Source of the DNA: Cycas panzhihuaensis
Taxonomy: Eukaryota; Plantae; Cycadophyta
Assembly (NCBI GenBank): GCA_023213395.1
Contig: CM041465.1
Location: forward strand, 94,805,741-94,869,740
Direction: 5' to 3'
Length of the DNA: 64,000 nt
The translations under genes and the position numbers were made by a program. Below the pieces are notes generated by a model. That model did not search any database, was not told the origin of the DNA, and worked only from the letters and a program-made list of their open reading frames with translations. Shown here in pieces: positions 13,066 through 27,076 of this stretch (position 1 is its first letter; the number at the start of each line of letters is the position of its first letter).

Positions 13066-13803
13066 AGACTCAAATCTTTTTTTAATTTTCCTTCTATGTT
13101 ATAAAATCTAAAAATCAATCGGGTCGATTGTCTTTTTTTTTTATTTCATTTTATTTTATTTTTTTTTCTTTTTCTTTATAATCTTATATAAACTAAATAA
13201 ACTTTATGATAATTTAAACTAATGTTCCCCTATTTATATATAAACTAAAATAACTCTTAAGGATATATTTAAATTAGGACTCCTTCCTACACTTTAAAAT
13301 TATCCTTTTTAGTTAAACCCCCCCCTTTTCACATTAATAAATTAACTTAAAACCTCTTTTACCTTAATAAATTTTTAATTTATAAATAAAATTCAAAATC
13401 TTCCCCCTTTAATTAATCTTTAGTACGTAAAATCAACAAAACCCCCCCTATTACATTAATAAATCTACATTAACTTCTCTTTACAATACATATTTTGAAG
13501 AGTATACAATACCTAGTCCATCCAAGTAATTCATTTCTATTTGTCTCTAAAATTAATGGCCTTGATTTATAACTTAACCCCCCACCACATTCATAATATT
13601 AATCTAACCCCCCCCACCTTCATTACATCAATGTATTAATATCATTTTTTTTATATTGATTATTACATTAAAATTTAGTTTAATCATTATAAAACTTTCC
13701 CTCCTATATACTTTACAATATTCCTGCTCTTCTCCCCTAATATATTACCTTATTTTTTTGTCATATATAAGGTATACATTATATTTCAAACACTTATTCA
13801 AAG

Positions 13804-13805
<2 letters not shown>

Positions 13806-13837
<32 letters not shown>
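13806..13837. repeat. (TA)16 microsatellite
   Basis: Directly visible. Confidence 0.95.
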
Positions 13838-13838
<1 letters not shown>

Positions 13839-16800
13839 TATTAACAAAGCCTAATTAACTTAGGCAAAACCAATATTTTTTCTTGGTTTTTTTGCTAAGA
13901 TCTAGTGTAGTATTTGTTCTTATCTGTGTGGATCATTGAATATCTTTTATATGCATTTATATTTTTTCAAAAATAAAAACTTAATTAATAAAAAACTATT
14001 AATATTTTTTATATATTTTATCTTACAAATCAGTTATATATATTCAAAATTATTGTCAAACTAATACAACGTATAATTAATTATTCTTTATAACTTTCTT
14101 GAAACTTAAATATTTAAGGGGGACTGTTTATTTCTCAAATTAAGGGAAACTTTTTTTTAAAAAAGGGACTATTCAAGGGGACTTTTTAAAATGGTTGTTT
14201 ATTCAAAGAAAACTATCTGCCTGAAAACATGTGATTTTTTTCTTTAAGAGCAAGTAATGCATACTACAATGCTTTCTTTCTTGAATTATGCCTGTTAAAC
14301 GATTAATACTCTTATTAAGTGATTATTTTTTCAGCTACCTTCATATTCTTCAATCTTCAATCAAACCTTATAACTTCCAATATGGCATTAATGCCAGGGA
14401 CAACCACCTACATTCTAATTCTAGTGTTAACTGACGCAAACTATGCCAACTGGAGGAATCGCATACCCATCAACTTAAACAGTAAAAGATATGGTGATAT
14501 ATGACAGGTGAATTTAAAAAACCAAAAGAAGATGCTACAAAGAGTTATATGGTATATCTGATGAACTCAGATGCAGCCTTAGGCACCATATTAAACTCAC
14601 TTTCACTAGAAATCATTCGACAGTTTTCTAAAACAGATGACTTGGCCACTATTTAGAAAACTTTGCAAGATAAATATGACAAGGTCGATACACATTAAGT
14701 GGTTATCCTAGAACAACCATTGTATGACCTTACTTTTGATGATTTTTCTAATGTTGAAGATTTTTTAAGTAAAATTTAATTAATTAATAAAGATCTAGGA
14801 AACTATATCAAATCTAAAACTAAAGATAGTTATATTAAAAAAATAATCACGCATGCTAGAGATGACGATACACTCGTATACCTTGCAGTAAACAAGTTAC
14901 CAAAATAATTTAATCTCTTCAAAACTATTAGACAATAAGCTAGCGACCCTCCTATAACATTCAATCAGTTGACAAACTAGTTGATCAAACATCAAACAAT
15001 GTTAATTCAAACAGGCATATTAAAAGATCCTTCACAGGCTTTGTTTTCTAAAACTAAGCCATAAAATAAAATAAACAACAGAATAATTTTCATAGTACTC
15101 CAAATTTTTAGAAACCTCATAGAGGTTCACAATCCAATTCTCAAAACAATATTAAGTATTCTGTTCCAACTAAACACCAAAATATTTCTAATCAATCATT
15201 CAATAATAGGAACAACGTAACTCCTTCTTAGAACACTAGTTGTGCTTATTGTCATAAAAAAGGGCACACTACTGATGTTTGCAGAAGTAGAATAGCTTTG
15301 GAAGCATGGAAAACTTCTAAGGGATTGAAAAATCGACCTTAATCACATTCTTAATCATGACCTTAAAATCTACAAACTCATAATCATTCTTTAGCAGTAA
15401 CAACTTCTGCGTTTGTTGCCCCTACAAATCAACCACCACAATGGATCCTTGACTCTGGTGCATCCCATCACATGACATGACACTAGAAAAATTTATCCAC
15501 TTATCAATCAGAATTAAACTCTGAAGAAGAGATTTCTTTTGGAAGTGGTACCCAACTCAAAGTCAAAGGATTAGGTGATATTACCTTAAAGGATGGATCA
15601 ATAAAGGATGTTTTTTACGTACTTGATCTATTACCAAACCTACTTTCTGTTTATCAAATCTACCAGCAAGACCTTGTTGTCAAATTCTGGAAAAATAAAT
15701 TTATCATTAAGGAGACATTAAATAAATTTAGACATATTGCCTTAGGACCTGTTGATCATAACATAGGTCTCTATAGTTTAACAAGTTTACAAAGTAACAA
15801 AACAAAACCTTTTAGTGTCTTTATTGCCAAATCTTACTCAATCAACAAACTTTAGCATGCACGATTTGGCCATACTAGTTATGGCAAACTGCAATATCTA
15901 AAAAAGTATGAAATGGTTTATGGTCTTCTATCCCTAAATACTGTTTATGATGTTTATAAAGCATGTGTGATAGGTAAACAACACATGGACCCATTTCCAC
16001 ATAAAACTCAATTCAAAGCAATAGTTCCACTTGAACTTGTTTACTTCGACATATGTGGTCCTTTTCATGTAACATCATACTCTTGCTCTCGTTATTTCGT
16101 TATATTTATTGATGATTATTTAAGAAAATATTGGGTTTACATGCTTAAAACACATATTCAAGTGTTTGGCATTTTTGTTGAATACAAAATGCTAGTTGAA
16201 AATCAATCAAATTTAAAAATCAAAATTTTTTGATCCGATAATGCAAAGGAATATTTAAGTGGTAAATTCACATCTTTCTATAAATCACATGAAATTCAGT
16301 TCCAGCATTTCATTGGATATACACCTCAATAAAACAGTGCTGCTGAATGTAAAAATTGTACTCTTGTTGAGATGACTTGTTGCATGTTACATGCAAAGAA
16401 TCTAAATCTAAAATTATAGGCAGAAGCAATTAACTACTCTAACTATTTATTAAATCATTTACCTAGCAAAAGTCTACACAACATTACTCCAGAACAAAAA
16501 TGGTCTGGAAGAAAACCATCTGTCAATCATTTATGAATCTTTAGTAGTATTGCGTGGGGACATATCCCTAAAGAAAAATCCAAAAAAATAGACCCAAAAA
16601 GTCTAAAATACATCTTCGTTGGATACAACGAAGAGAGTAAATCTTATAAACTCTTGGATCCAGTCACACATCAAATTTTAATTTTGCGTGACATAATATT
16701 TGATGAAGAAAGATCTTCTTTAACATCTACTTATGTAGAACTTCTCGTTGAAAGTTTGTTAACCAACACTTATTTGGTTGACCTCTCTGACAAACAAGCT

Positions 16801-17367
16801 AATCTGAAAGTTATAGAATCCTTATCAACTCAAGTCCAAAATTAGACTCTATCCAAATATAATGAAATAGATTCCTCCTCTCAACCTAGTTCTACAAATC
16901 AATATGTACCTTAAAAAATAGTTACTAACAACCTGTTTGGGCAACTAAAATACTTGCTAATGCTGGATCTGATGTAGGTAATCCTACAGATACCAGATAA
17001 ACATATACCCAAAAATTACATGCTAACTTTGTCTCAATAGAAAAAATAATGGACAATTATGATCCTAGAACATTTAAACAAGTTAGCAACAATCCTGTAT
17101 GGTAGGACACTATGCAAACTAAATTTGATACTTTGATTAAAAATTTAACTTAGGATCTCGTTCCTCTCCCACTTGGGAAAAATGTAGTTGAATGTAAATG
17201 GGTCTATAGAAGAAAATACAACTTAACAGGTGTAGTTAAAAAATATAAGGCTCACCTAGTTGCAAAAGGATTTTCACAAATAGATGGCATATATTATAAT
17301 GAAACCTTTGCCCATATTACAAAAATGAACACGATTAAAATAATTATTACTCTCGCAGCCAAATTTA

Positions 17368-20300
17368 TGTTAGAAATCAACCTACACAAATAATATTCAC
17401 ATGCAGAATGAAACACACCTCCACAGGATCAAACGATACCCTTAAGGTACCTCCATTGTATTAAGAAAATATCATTACAACCACATTACAATATGATACA
17501 CAAAATTATGTATTTATAATATAAGTTATGATGGAAGAGTAGGACCCACTTGCATGTGGGACAAATCAAATGTGCATTAATATTCCAACACTCCTCCTTA
17601 ATGCACATTTAGGTTATTTGTACTTGTAACGCCTTGTCCTTGGAAATGTCTTTAACTTGATCCTTATCTTTAAACTTGTAGTGATGTGTTTGATGTAGAA
17701 TGATGTCTTTATCTTGATTCATACCTTTAATTATGTACTGATGCCTTTATAAGATGATGTCATTAACTTGATTTCTATCTTCAATCCTGTAGGATAATAT
17801 TGATGTAGTAGCTCTAGCAAGTACAAATAATGATTCTTCATTGTGCCTAGTCTAGTTTGATTTTGATCTAGATCCTATAAACAACCATCTTCAATCACAA
17901 CTTGCATGTCATCATTATCCTGTATAAACTCTTCGTCACCATGTACAATAGTGATTTCTTCAATCTTTGGAGTGGAATCTTAATCAACTAGCATACTCTT
18001 TGAAATTGAATCAATGCTCAAAGTAGGAACATCATTCAAACTTAAATCAATACTTAAAGTAGGAATATCATCAACATAAGGCTTATACTTTATAGAACCA
18101 TCAGATTCATATTTAATCTCTCTTGAAATCATGGTGTCATCTATATAAGCCTTTATCAACTTATCACTTTCAATGTCTTCATTAGTAGTTGTAGTCTCAT
18201 CAATGCATTCAACCATCACTTCTTTACATTTAGTGGAAATGTCATCAATACTCATACATTCTTCATCTTGACATGCTGTTTCATCAGAGTTGATGATATT
18301 TTCTTCATTTATTATACCTGTACCATAACCATAACTAGCCTTAATTGCCTTTTCAATCATTTGTTGTGTTTCTTTAGGAGTTTATTCAAATACTTCCCTT
18401 AGAACATCCCAAGCTTCTTTAGCATTACTTGCATGTAGAATTATAGGAATAACAAAATGGAATTTGGAAGGAAGATCAACCTCATTGAATGTAGCACGAC
18501 TCATAATGAATGCTTTTCTATCTTTCTTCTTAAGCATTTCCTTTTCTTCTTCATCATTAGGGATATCATATTCATTAGTAACAACCTTCCACAAACCTCT
18601 AGTTATGAATAGACATCTTATTTTAATTGTCCAAAAGAAGTAGTCTTCACCATTACACTTAGGTACTAGAAGAAACAAATCCCTTAAGTAATATTCATTT
18701 ATTTCAAGAGTATATATAACTACATCATTATCCTCTATAATTGTAAATTCCATGTCCATATGCCACGTACCTTTTTCAATCAAGAAACTCACTTATCATT
18801 GGTAACTTGCCCATTGATCACTCTTAACAAATTTCCTCATGTTTCATATCTCACATCATTGACTTTATCATCACAACATTGCCTCATCCATTTCACATAT
18901 CATAACTAATCACATAGAATCCAAATACTCACTTCACCAAATCAATGCCTCATAAATCTCACAATGATCATACATGTCATATGTCACTACCAAGACACAC
19001 ACTTCAGTTGATTGCCCAAAACACACAACTCATGTCATTACACTTGCAACTCATGTAACTTTAACAAAAAACTCATCCTTCTTTACCTATTCAATCAATT
19101 AGAACACATCATCAAACATGCTTGATCTCATTCTTAATATGCACAACAATTGTCCAATCTTATCATATAACCTCACATGCAACAAGCACCTCATTGCCTC
19201 AAATCACTATCTTTCTTACCCTTAAATTAGCTTTGTTACGCCCATCAAGTCCCTTCATGCAAATCATATTCCATGGAGCACTTAATTATCATATTCCATC
19301 CAACTAATTCATGCAAACACATTTACTATCGCTTCATTACCATACTATGCCATCGTCACAATAACTCTCTCATACAAATACATGTAAGAAAGCACTCAAA
19401 CTATCATTAAACAATCACCATCATGCATCTCAAATCACTAATATAGTGCCAAATATATTCACATCAATATGACTTAATATCATCTCACATTGCAACAATA
19501 CTCTCCCATGCACCACATATATAAGAGAGCCTCAAACAATCACTTCATTACCATTGCCTCATTCATGTCACTATATAAATATGAAACCCTTAAATTCTTA
19601 AAAACTTATTTCTAAAAAAAAGTATAGGACAAAAATACATAGAATATGGATGAAAATGATGGCCTCTAAAATACGATTCCAATGGTTTAGATGAAATTAA
19701 ATTCTGATATCTAGATCATAAGTTATGCTCCTTTTAAGAATTTCATAATTAGGGTTTCTAGAGGCTGTAATAGTACCTTTTGATAAACTGATAATAACTT
19801 TTTATTCTAAACTTAGATGAACCTCAAACTACTTCCATTAGAAATAAAATTAAAAAACGCGCAGAATCAAAAAATATTTGAGGTCATTTGGATACCTGTA
19901 GCTAAAGTTATGGCTATTTGAAGTTGAGGTTGTAGATCTGTCCCAAAAATACGGTGATGGAAAAAATGCAGGCCGAAATTAATTCTGCTATAATTTTCAT
20001 TCTTTCACCCAAAAATCTATAGTGTGACCACTCAAATTTTATAGAATGAGTTATTTTATCTCAATTTAGCCATTACTTTTTAGAAATTTTAACGTTATGG
20101 CACCTCCCAAATCACTGCTTTAATACCGAACAAAAATACCTCTCTTAACCCGGGTGCTCTGATACCATGTTGGAAATCAACCTGCATAAATAATATTCAT
20201 AAGGAAAATGAAACACACCTCCACAGAATCGAACGGTACCCTTAAGGTACCTCCATTGTATTAACAAAATATCATTACAACCAGATTACAATATGATACA

Positions 20301-20390
20301 CAAAATTATGTATTTATAATAGAAGTTATGATGGAAGAGTAGGACCCACTTGCATGTGGGACAAATCAAATGTGCATTAATATTCCAACA
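17368..20390 (-). mobile_element. Element G: 3.0-kb gag-only LTR element (TR-GAG-like)
   Basis: 223-bp LTRs 17368-17590 and 20168-20390 (13 mismatches), TSD ATTTA/ATTTG, minus-strand PBS TGGTATCAGAGC next to 20167, PPT next to 17591, no pol. Confidence 0.95.
17731..18792 (-). pseudogene. gag: Element G gag N-terminal domain with long acidic tail (one frame, few stops)
   Basis: VPKCNGEDYFFWTIKIRCLFITRGLWKVV...KKDRKA...ASNAKEAWDVL; ORFs 18382-18792 and 17980-18360 are in frame across one TAA. Confidence 0.85.
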
Positions 20391-21679
20391 ATTTGGATGG
20401 GAAATCCACCAAATGGATGCCAAGAGTGCTTTTTTGAATGGTGGTCTTAAAGAAGAGATCTACATGTCTTAGCCACCTGACTTTATTGAAAGTCCTAATT
20501 TTGTTTGTAAACTTAAGAAACCCATTTATGATTTAAAATAAGCTCCTCGAGCTTGGTATATTAAAGTAGACAATTATTTAATTCACATTGGATACATTAG
20601 ATATATTAGTGATCCAAATCTTTATTTCAAATATGAAAATAAAAATCTTACTATTCTAATCCTCTATGTTGATGACATTATCATTAGTGGATCATCAACT
20701 AATAATATTCATCATTTAAAAATAAATTTAATGAATAAATTTGAAATGACTGATTCAGGTCTACTACATTATTTTCTTGGTTTACAAATTTATCAACATG
20801 ATTCAAAAATAACTATATCTTAACCTAAGTATATTCTAGACTTAGTTCAGCGGTTTAACATGGAAAATGCTAAATCTGTATCTAATCCATTACAATTAGG
20901 GGTTAAACTATCTACTAATTGTTCATCACTTTTATGTGACCCTATATTATATAGACAACTAATTGGTAGTATTATTTATTTAAGTCACACCTACCTTGAC
21001 ATTTACTATGCTACTGCTTTATGTTCACATTATATGCAACAGCCACATAAATATCATTGGAAAGTTGCTAAACGTATCTTACGATATCTAAAGTATACTA
21101 TTTTTATAGTTTAGCTTATAATTTTTGCACTAAACCTTTAACTTTAATTAGATATACTAATTCAGATTAGGTAGGTGATATAAATAATTGAAAATCTATA
21201 TCAGGTTATGTATTTTTTATAGATTCCTCACCTATTACTTAGTCTAGTAAGAAAATGCAGGCACGAACTTTATCAACAACTGAAGCTGAATATCGTGCAC
21301 TTGTTGAAGCTGACAAAGAATCACTTTGACTAAAATCTCTACTAAATGAAATTGGTTTATGTCTAAACTCTTCCATTAAACTTAAAGTTGATAATCAAGG
21401 TGTAATTGCTATAGCTACAAATATAGTTTCACACTCTAGGACTAAACATATAGAATTATATCAGCATTTGATTCGTAATCTTGTTACTAATAATCTTGTT
21501 TCCTTGTCTTATTGTCCAATAGATCTACAGATTGCTGACATACTTACAAAGTCTTTAACTGAAGTAAAGTTTCTTAATCTCCAAGATTTGTTGTAGATAA
21601 AAGAAGTCTCCATCAAAGGGGGATCAATATGATGAAGACCTTCTTTTTCTATAGCATAAAAGTTTACATTAAATGGGGA

Positions 21680-22140
21680 TGTTAGGAATATTAATGTAAC
21701 CTTTTGTAATGTCACTTTTATGTTCTTTATAAGTTCTTCTTTATGTCACATGTTTAAATTAGTATTTAAGTTATTATAATATTCAACTTTAGTGCTTATT
21801 TTAATCTTATGTGGAAGGTGGTTGAAATGCATAACTGCATTTCAACGAACCTTTCTTAGTATAAATTCTTCTTCTAGATTCAAGGAGATGGTTCCAAGAA
21901 TCTAAGAAGGCTATCTCAAAGCCTTTTACAAGGTTGGTTTGGTGGTTAGGTGGTTTCTGTATATAGTTTTCTATTTCTCACTATTCTTAATAAAATTACA
22001 ACTTTAAGAGGTGGTTTTTCTTTCCTAGAAGGGGTTTTCTACCTGTTAATCTGGTGTATATGTGTAGTGTCATTTGTTACCTGTAATTGCTTACTATATG
22101 ATCCTGTGATGCCATTGTGCATGTGCCTATCTTTTCTACA
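21680..22140 (+). repeat. 3' LTR of Copia D
   Basis: Follows PPT; followed by TSD AAAAG. Confidence 0.95.
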
Positions 22141-22145
22141 AAAAG

Positions 22146-22815
22146 TTTAGGTAACAAACTTAGAACATAAAATACATCTTTATTGGAACCATCTTTTAAA
22201 GATATGTCACCAGTTACTTTGACTTTTAACTCCGAACCACTTTTGAAAGAGATTTTCTCTTCAGAATTAGAATCAAGTTGATAAGTAGATAAATATTTTT
22301 AGTATCCTATCATATAGCAGGAAGCACTAGAATTTAAGATCCATGAAGGTAGTTGAGAAGTAGGAGAAGAAAAAGTAGATGTACTGGTAGTTAGAGAATT
22401 ATAGGATTGTGATTGGATCCCTTTTGAAGTTTTCCATGTTTTATAGGTGATTCTATTCCTATAAGCATTTATTATGTGCCACATTTTATGCCAATAGGTA
22501 CAACTAACATTTTGATTATTATTAGGATTAAAATTATTCCTTTTTTAGAATGTTTGTTTAGGTGACTTTTGATTTTTAGGTGGTCTTGAGTATTTAGGAT
22601 TTTAATTATAATTATTTAAAGTAGAGCCTCTATAAGGTTTTTAAAATTTAAGATAATTATTGTGATTACTTTGTTGATTGTTTTAGTTTATCAATTTATT
22701 TTCTAACCTTGTTCTAAAAAAAAAGAGCCTGAGAAGGATTTTGAATTTTTCTAGTTTGGATTAACATGGTCTAGTATTCAACCAGTTAGCTTGTTAGTTG
22801 ATAAAATATAATAAG
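22146..22815 (-). pseudogene. Copia I gag C-terminus (zinc knuckle) and protease
   Basis: ORF 22299-22484 ends SWILNSSASCYM (decayed WILDSGAS); continues the sequence broken at 11397 across TSD AAAAG. Confidence 0.85.
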
Positions 22816-23559
22816 AGGATTGAAGGATCATACAATGATGGAGACAGAGCAGAGTATAATCAAATAATCAAAATATTATTACATAAATACATAAGCTTTT
22901 GTATTCAATCCATCTTTGAGTGAGAACATAGCAAATTTCTAATATAGGTGGTGTCTAAAGACACTAGGGTTGAATACCCCTCCAAAGATATAGTTTGGGG
23001 GAAGAGGGAAACTTCTCAACCCCTAAAATTTAAACAATAATAAAATATTATATAACTCAACAACTTAACTCAAATCAACTTGACCTTACCTTACTTACCT
23101 TCACATGTGTGCACTCACATGTGTGAAAGGTATGAGTGGAGTGTGCACTTATATGTGTGAGAGATGGAAGTGGGATGATGATTATTAACCCTAACATTCT
23201 CCCCCTTAATGATCATCATAAATATCTTTGTCTTCTCTTTAAACTTGTGAAACTTGAACTTGAAAAAAACTTTGAATATTTATCTTTTAGTTTGATCATT
23301 ATCAACTCACCTCATCCTTTTATCAATGTATATCTCTTTATCATTGAGTGGTTCAAAAAATCTTTAAGTAAATGTAGCTTGATTTGAATGAAGATGAATG
23401 ACTGTAACTCTAACTTTATCTCTTAGAACTTTGACTTTGTCTTATTAAATCTTTGTGTTATGAGTAACTATCATATCATAAGGTTTCTCCCTCTCAAATA
23501 GAGGATCAACTTCATGTGCAACAAGGTGATCATGCATTTGACTTGAATTTTCCTCCTTG

Positions 23560-23792
23560 GAAGTTGTCATTTCATAAACTTTAGAAAAAGCATTATCATC
23601 TATAATGCAAAATAGTATAGCTAAGGCTTCATTGTATTTTTTAATGTCTTCTTTAATATTAAGATCATATTCATTTTGTAAGTATTTCCAAAGATCATTT
23701 GTAATAAAATAATTCTATATTGTTTTATGCCATTATGAAAATTTATGGCCATCAAATATAGGAAATTATATTTTATTTAAATTGATTGCCAT
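23560..23792 (-). pseudogene. gag: Element E truncated gag
   Basis: MAINLNKI*FPIFDGHKFS*WHK...NDLWKYLQNEYD...KKYNEALA; homologous to 1035-1270. Confidence 0.8.
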
Positions 23793-25518
23793 TTATATAG
23801 AAAACTTTAGTATATAAAAAAATATGCTTTTACCAAGTGAACTTTTTGTACTTCTCAACAAAATATGTGTCTTTAGAGGGAATCAAAGAACTTAATAAAT
23901 TAATAAACTTAAAATATATAACTTCAAATATACTCTTTGAAAGAAATATATAAGTAATCACAATGCCTTTGAAAGTAAAAAAATGCCTTTGGAAAGTAAA
24001 ATGTATTACTAATTAGATGTAACTTTTATAAGTGCAATAAGTAAATGAACTTTCCAATAATGATAAATAGAAAAAATGCTTTCAATAAGTATATGCCTTT
24101 AGAATATACCTTGGGATATGCCTTTTAGATATACTTTGAAATATAATGAATATATGACCAAATTTAGAAAGTAACTAAGATCCTTAAACATGCAGATCTA
24201 AAATAAAATTACTGATAAAAAATAATACAAAAAATTTTTAGGCTTTTTTATTTTTCAAATAAATAAGCACTCAATTTAAGCAAAGAATGACTTTCTGTTT
24301 CAATGCAAGAAATATTTTTAGCTTGATGAAGATATATATAATGTTAAAAATCTAAAATATATATATGTATATTTTCACTTTAGAAAAATGAAGAAGAAAC
24401 TTCCAAAAAAAGAAGAATTGTATATGTTTTTATGTTACAGAACCACTTTGCTTGTCACTTGCTTTAAATGCATATGATTAATTTTTGCTACAAATTAGCT
24501 TAGAAGAAGCTATATGAAAGTCAAATGAAAACCTCAAACATGTATTATAAGTGATCAATAAGAAATAAAATAAGAACTTTTGTAAAAAAAGGTTTAGAGG
24601 ATAAGCCTATTGGTATATCTTGAATGCTCAAGTTGAGTAGCTTTAAAGATGTACTAAACAATGTCAAAATAAGGTGATCTTACACCAAGTTAAAGATCAA
24701 TGAAATACTTAGTCAATAGAACTAACCGTTTTGAAAACAGATTATTGTAAATCAAGATTTTATGTACAAAATATACAGTCCTCCTTTCAAAGATTATGGG
24801 ACTCAAAATATTATGAAATACTAGTAAAAATCTTATAGAACAGTGTTAAATGATCAAATATAGTTTAGAGAGATGTTTAATATATTTTTTAGTTAATAAA
24901 CTTGAAAAATAATGTATAAAAATATGCAATAATGACAATATGGAAGTTGTTATATACCTAAACTTTGAGGGCTTTGAAAGTCTGCAAGAACACCTTAAAA
25001 CTCATAAATAATAGTGTTAGTTTGAAGAGGAATAAGTTAGCTTCATTGAAACTGATAGATCTGAATTCTGATGTGTAACAGAAAAGTTATAATGAAAATA
25101 ACAGCAAGTACTTTTTATGTTAATAATCTAAAAAAAGGCCTTTTAAAAAGATGAAATGACTTAAACTAATTTAAAATAGGCTAAATCAGCTCCAAATATG
25201 GCAAATAACCAATCTAAATTATAGTTCAAAAAATTCTAGACTCAACAAAATAGGTTTTGTCAGAAACCAATACCCCAGTAAAGAGATATTGAAGAAATTA
25301 GCTAGGTACCCTATGTTTTAAAGAAAATTTTAAAAAAATAAGAGAAAAAATTATAACTTAAAATAAGCCCCTTTAATAATGAGCTGAAGGTCACTTGGAC
25401 TGATGTGACTAGGGGCTTACCATGAGGAAGGATAATGCCTTATTACAAATGGATTTAAAAATATATATAATAGAACTTGATTAAAAAATACACTTTATAA
25501 AAGATCAAATAAATTTAA

Positions 25519-25520
<2 letters not shown>

Positions 25521-25561
<41 letters not shown>
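25521..25561. repeat. (TA)20 microsatellite
   Basis: Directly visible. Confidence 0.95.
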
Positions 25562-25565
<4 letters not shown>

Positions 25566-26814
25566 CACTGCTGCCAAAAATATGAAGAACATGCAAATCT
25601 TGTATCATCACCACTGCCAATATGTGAGTTAGAGGATTTGAAATTAGGACAGAATGGTAGGCAATGGATTCCTTTAGATTTAGAGTTACCAACTAATTTG
25701 CCCAAGGGTAATAATATTCATACATCATCTACACTGTATGGACTCTTAGTCAGAGATGGAATACTTATAAATTTATTTTCTCTAGCATCTATATAGATAG
25801 GTATCATGAGCTCTAAGACATAGGGCAGAATAGAGAATGGCTACCAATTCTATCCAGAATGGGCTCACTACTAGATTGACAAATTAGTTGAACATTATGG
25901 GAAACAGCCAGCAGGCAGTCGATCCAATTTCAGAGATCAATCTCAGGGAAACCTCAGAATTCGTAAGGTCTTTTTCCATGGTAAACGAGAAAATAGAAGT
26001 AGAAGGAATTGGTTGCAGCTAGATTATCTCCACATTTAATATCAAATAACTAAATATTAAGAGGTCAAAATGTCAACTAAGAAGCCATCAAAAAATGAAT
26101 TACCAAAGAGGCATTGGATAGGTGCCAAGATAATGCCACGCAGGGTGGAGGATAAAGCCACACAGAGCCGTTCGAGTAAAATCAAAGACACATTGTGTAT
26201 AACAGATAGCAATGTAGGCCAAGAATGGTAATTACAGAGTAGTTAGGAGCAAAGTATTCGGGTGATAAATATGGATAAAATATTAAGTCACACAGCCCAA
26301 CAACTTTCAAAGTGCCATGAAAAAATGAATGTAGATTGCCACTATTGTAGTAATATTAATAATGAGACCGCCAGTGTGAAGGGCACTAGAAATAAAGGAT
26401 ACACACTGTGAAGGATGCACAAATAAAAATAAATAGCATGTAGAGCAGTCACAGAAAGATGTAGAGCATGCACAAAAAGATGAATACAACAGTCACTAGG
26501 AACAAATGCTTGTCTCTTACCTTCTTTGAGAAGATTTATTAGAGTAAAGTCTACTAGAGAGCACACAAGCAAGGCCTGAGACCGATGCTTAAAGTCTTTA
26601 GGATGGGATAGATTCTTTTAGGACATGAAAGGCCCCTATAAACTCACACAAAAAAAACATCCAGAGAGAGAACAAATTGAAAAAAAGAGGTTAAATTATA
26701 GGCAGAAAATGTGAATATACGTATAGAGATATAAATATCAGATCCAAATCAAACACATTAGATGATTCCAAATCTTGTAAATATATTGAAGAAGATATAT
26801 CAAATAAATAAGAA

Positions 26815-27076
<262 letters not shown>

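Larger units (their letters stand above)
14382..21600 (+). pseudogene. gag-pol: Copia D gag-pol pseudogene, RT interrupted by element G
   Basis: LTDANYANW; zinc knuckle CAYCHKKGHTTDVC (~15241); WILDSGASHHMT (~15442); PLELVYFDICGPF; AAKF|GWEIHQMDAKSAF across the G insertion; LYVDDIII; RTKHIE; IADILTKSL. Confidence 0.95.
11398..22140 (+). mobile_element. Copia D: full-length element with host-gene cargo in its 5' UTR
   Basis: Two 461-bp LTRs (about 39 mismatches, ~91-92%), perfect TSD AAAAG, PBS TGGTATCA at 11859, PPT at 21671-21679, gag-PR-INT-RT-RH order. Confidence 0.95.

Noticed and set aside
25562-26810. TA-targeting MITE or DNA transposon between the microsatellites
   Set aside because: No terminal inverted repeats or Helitron-type ends recognised
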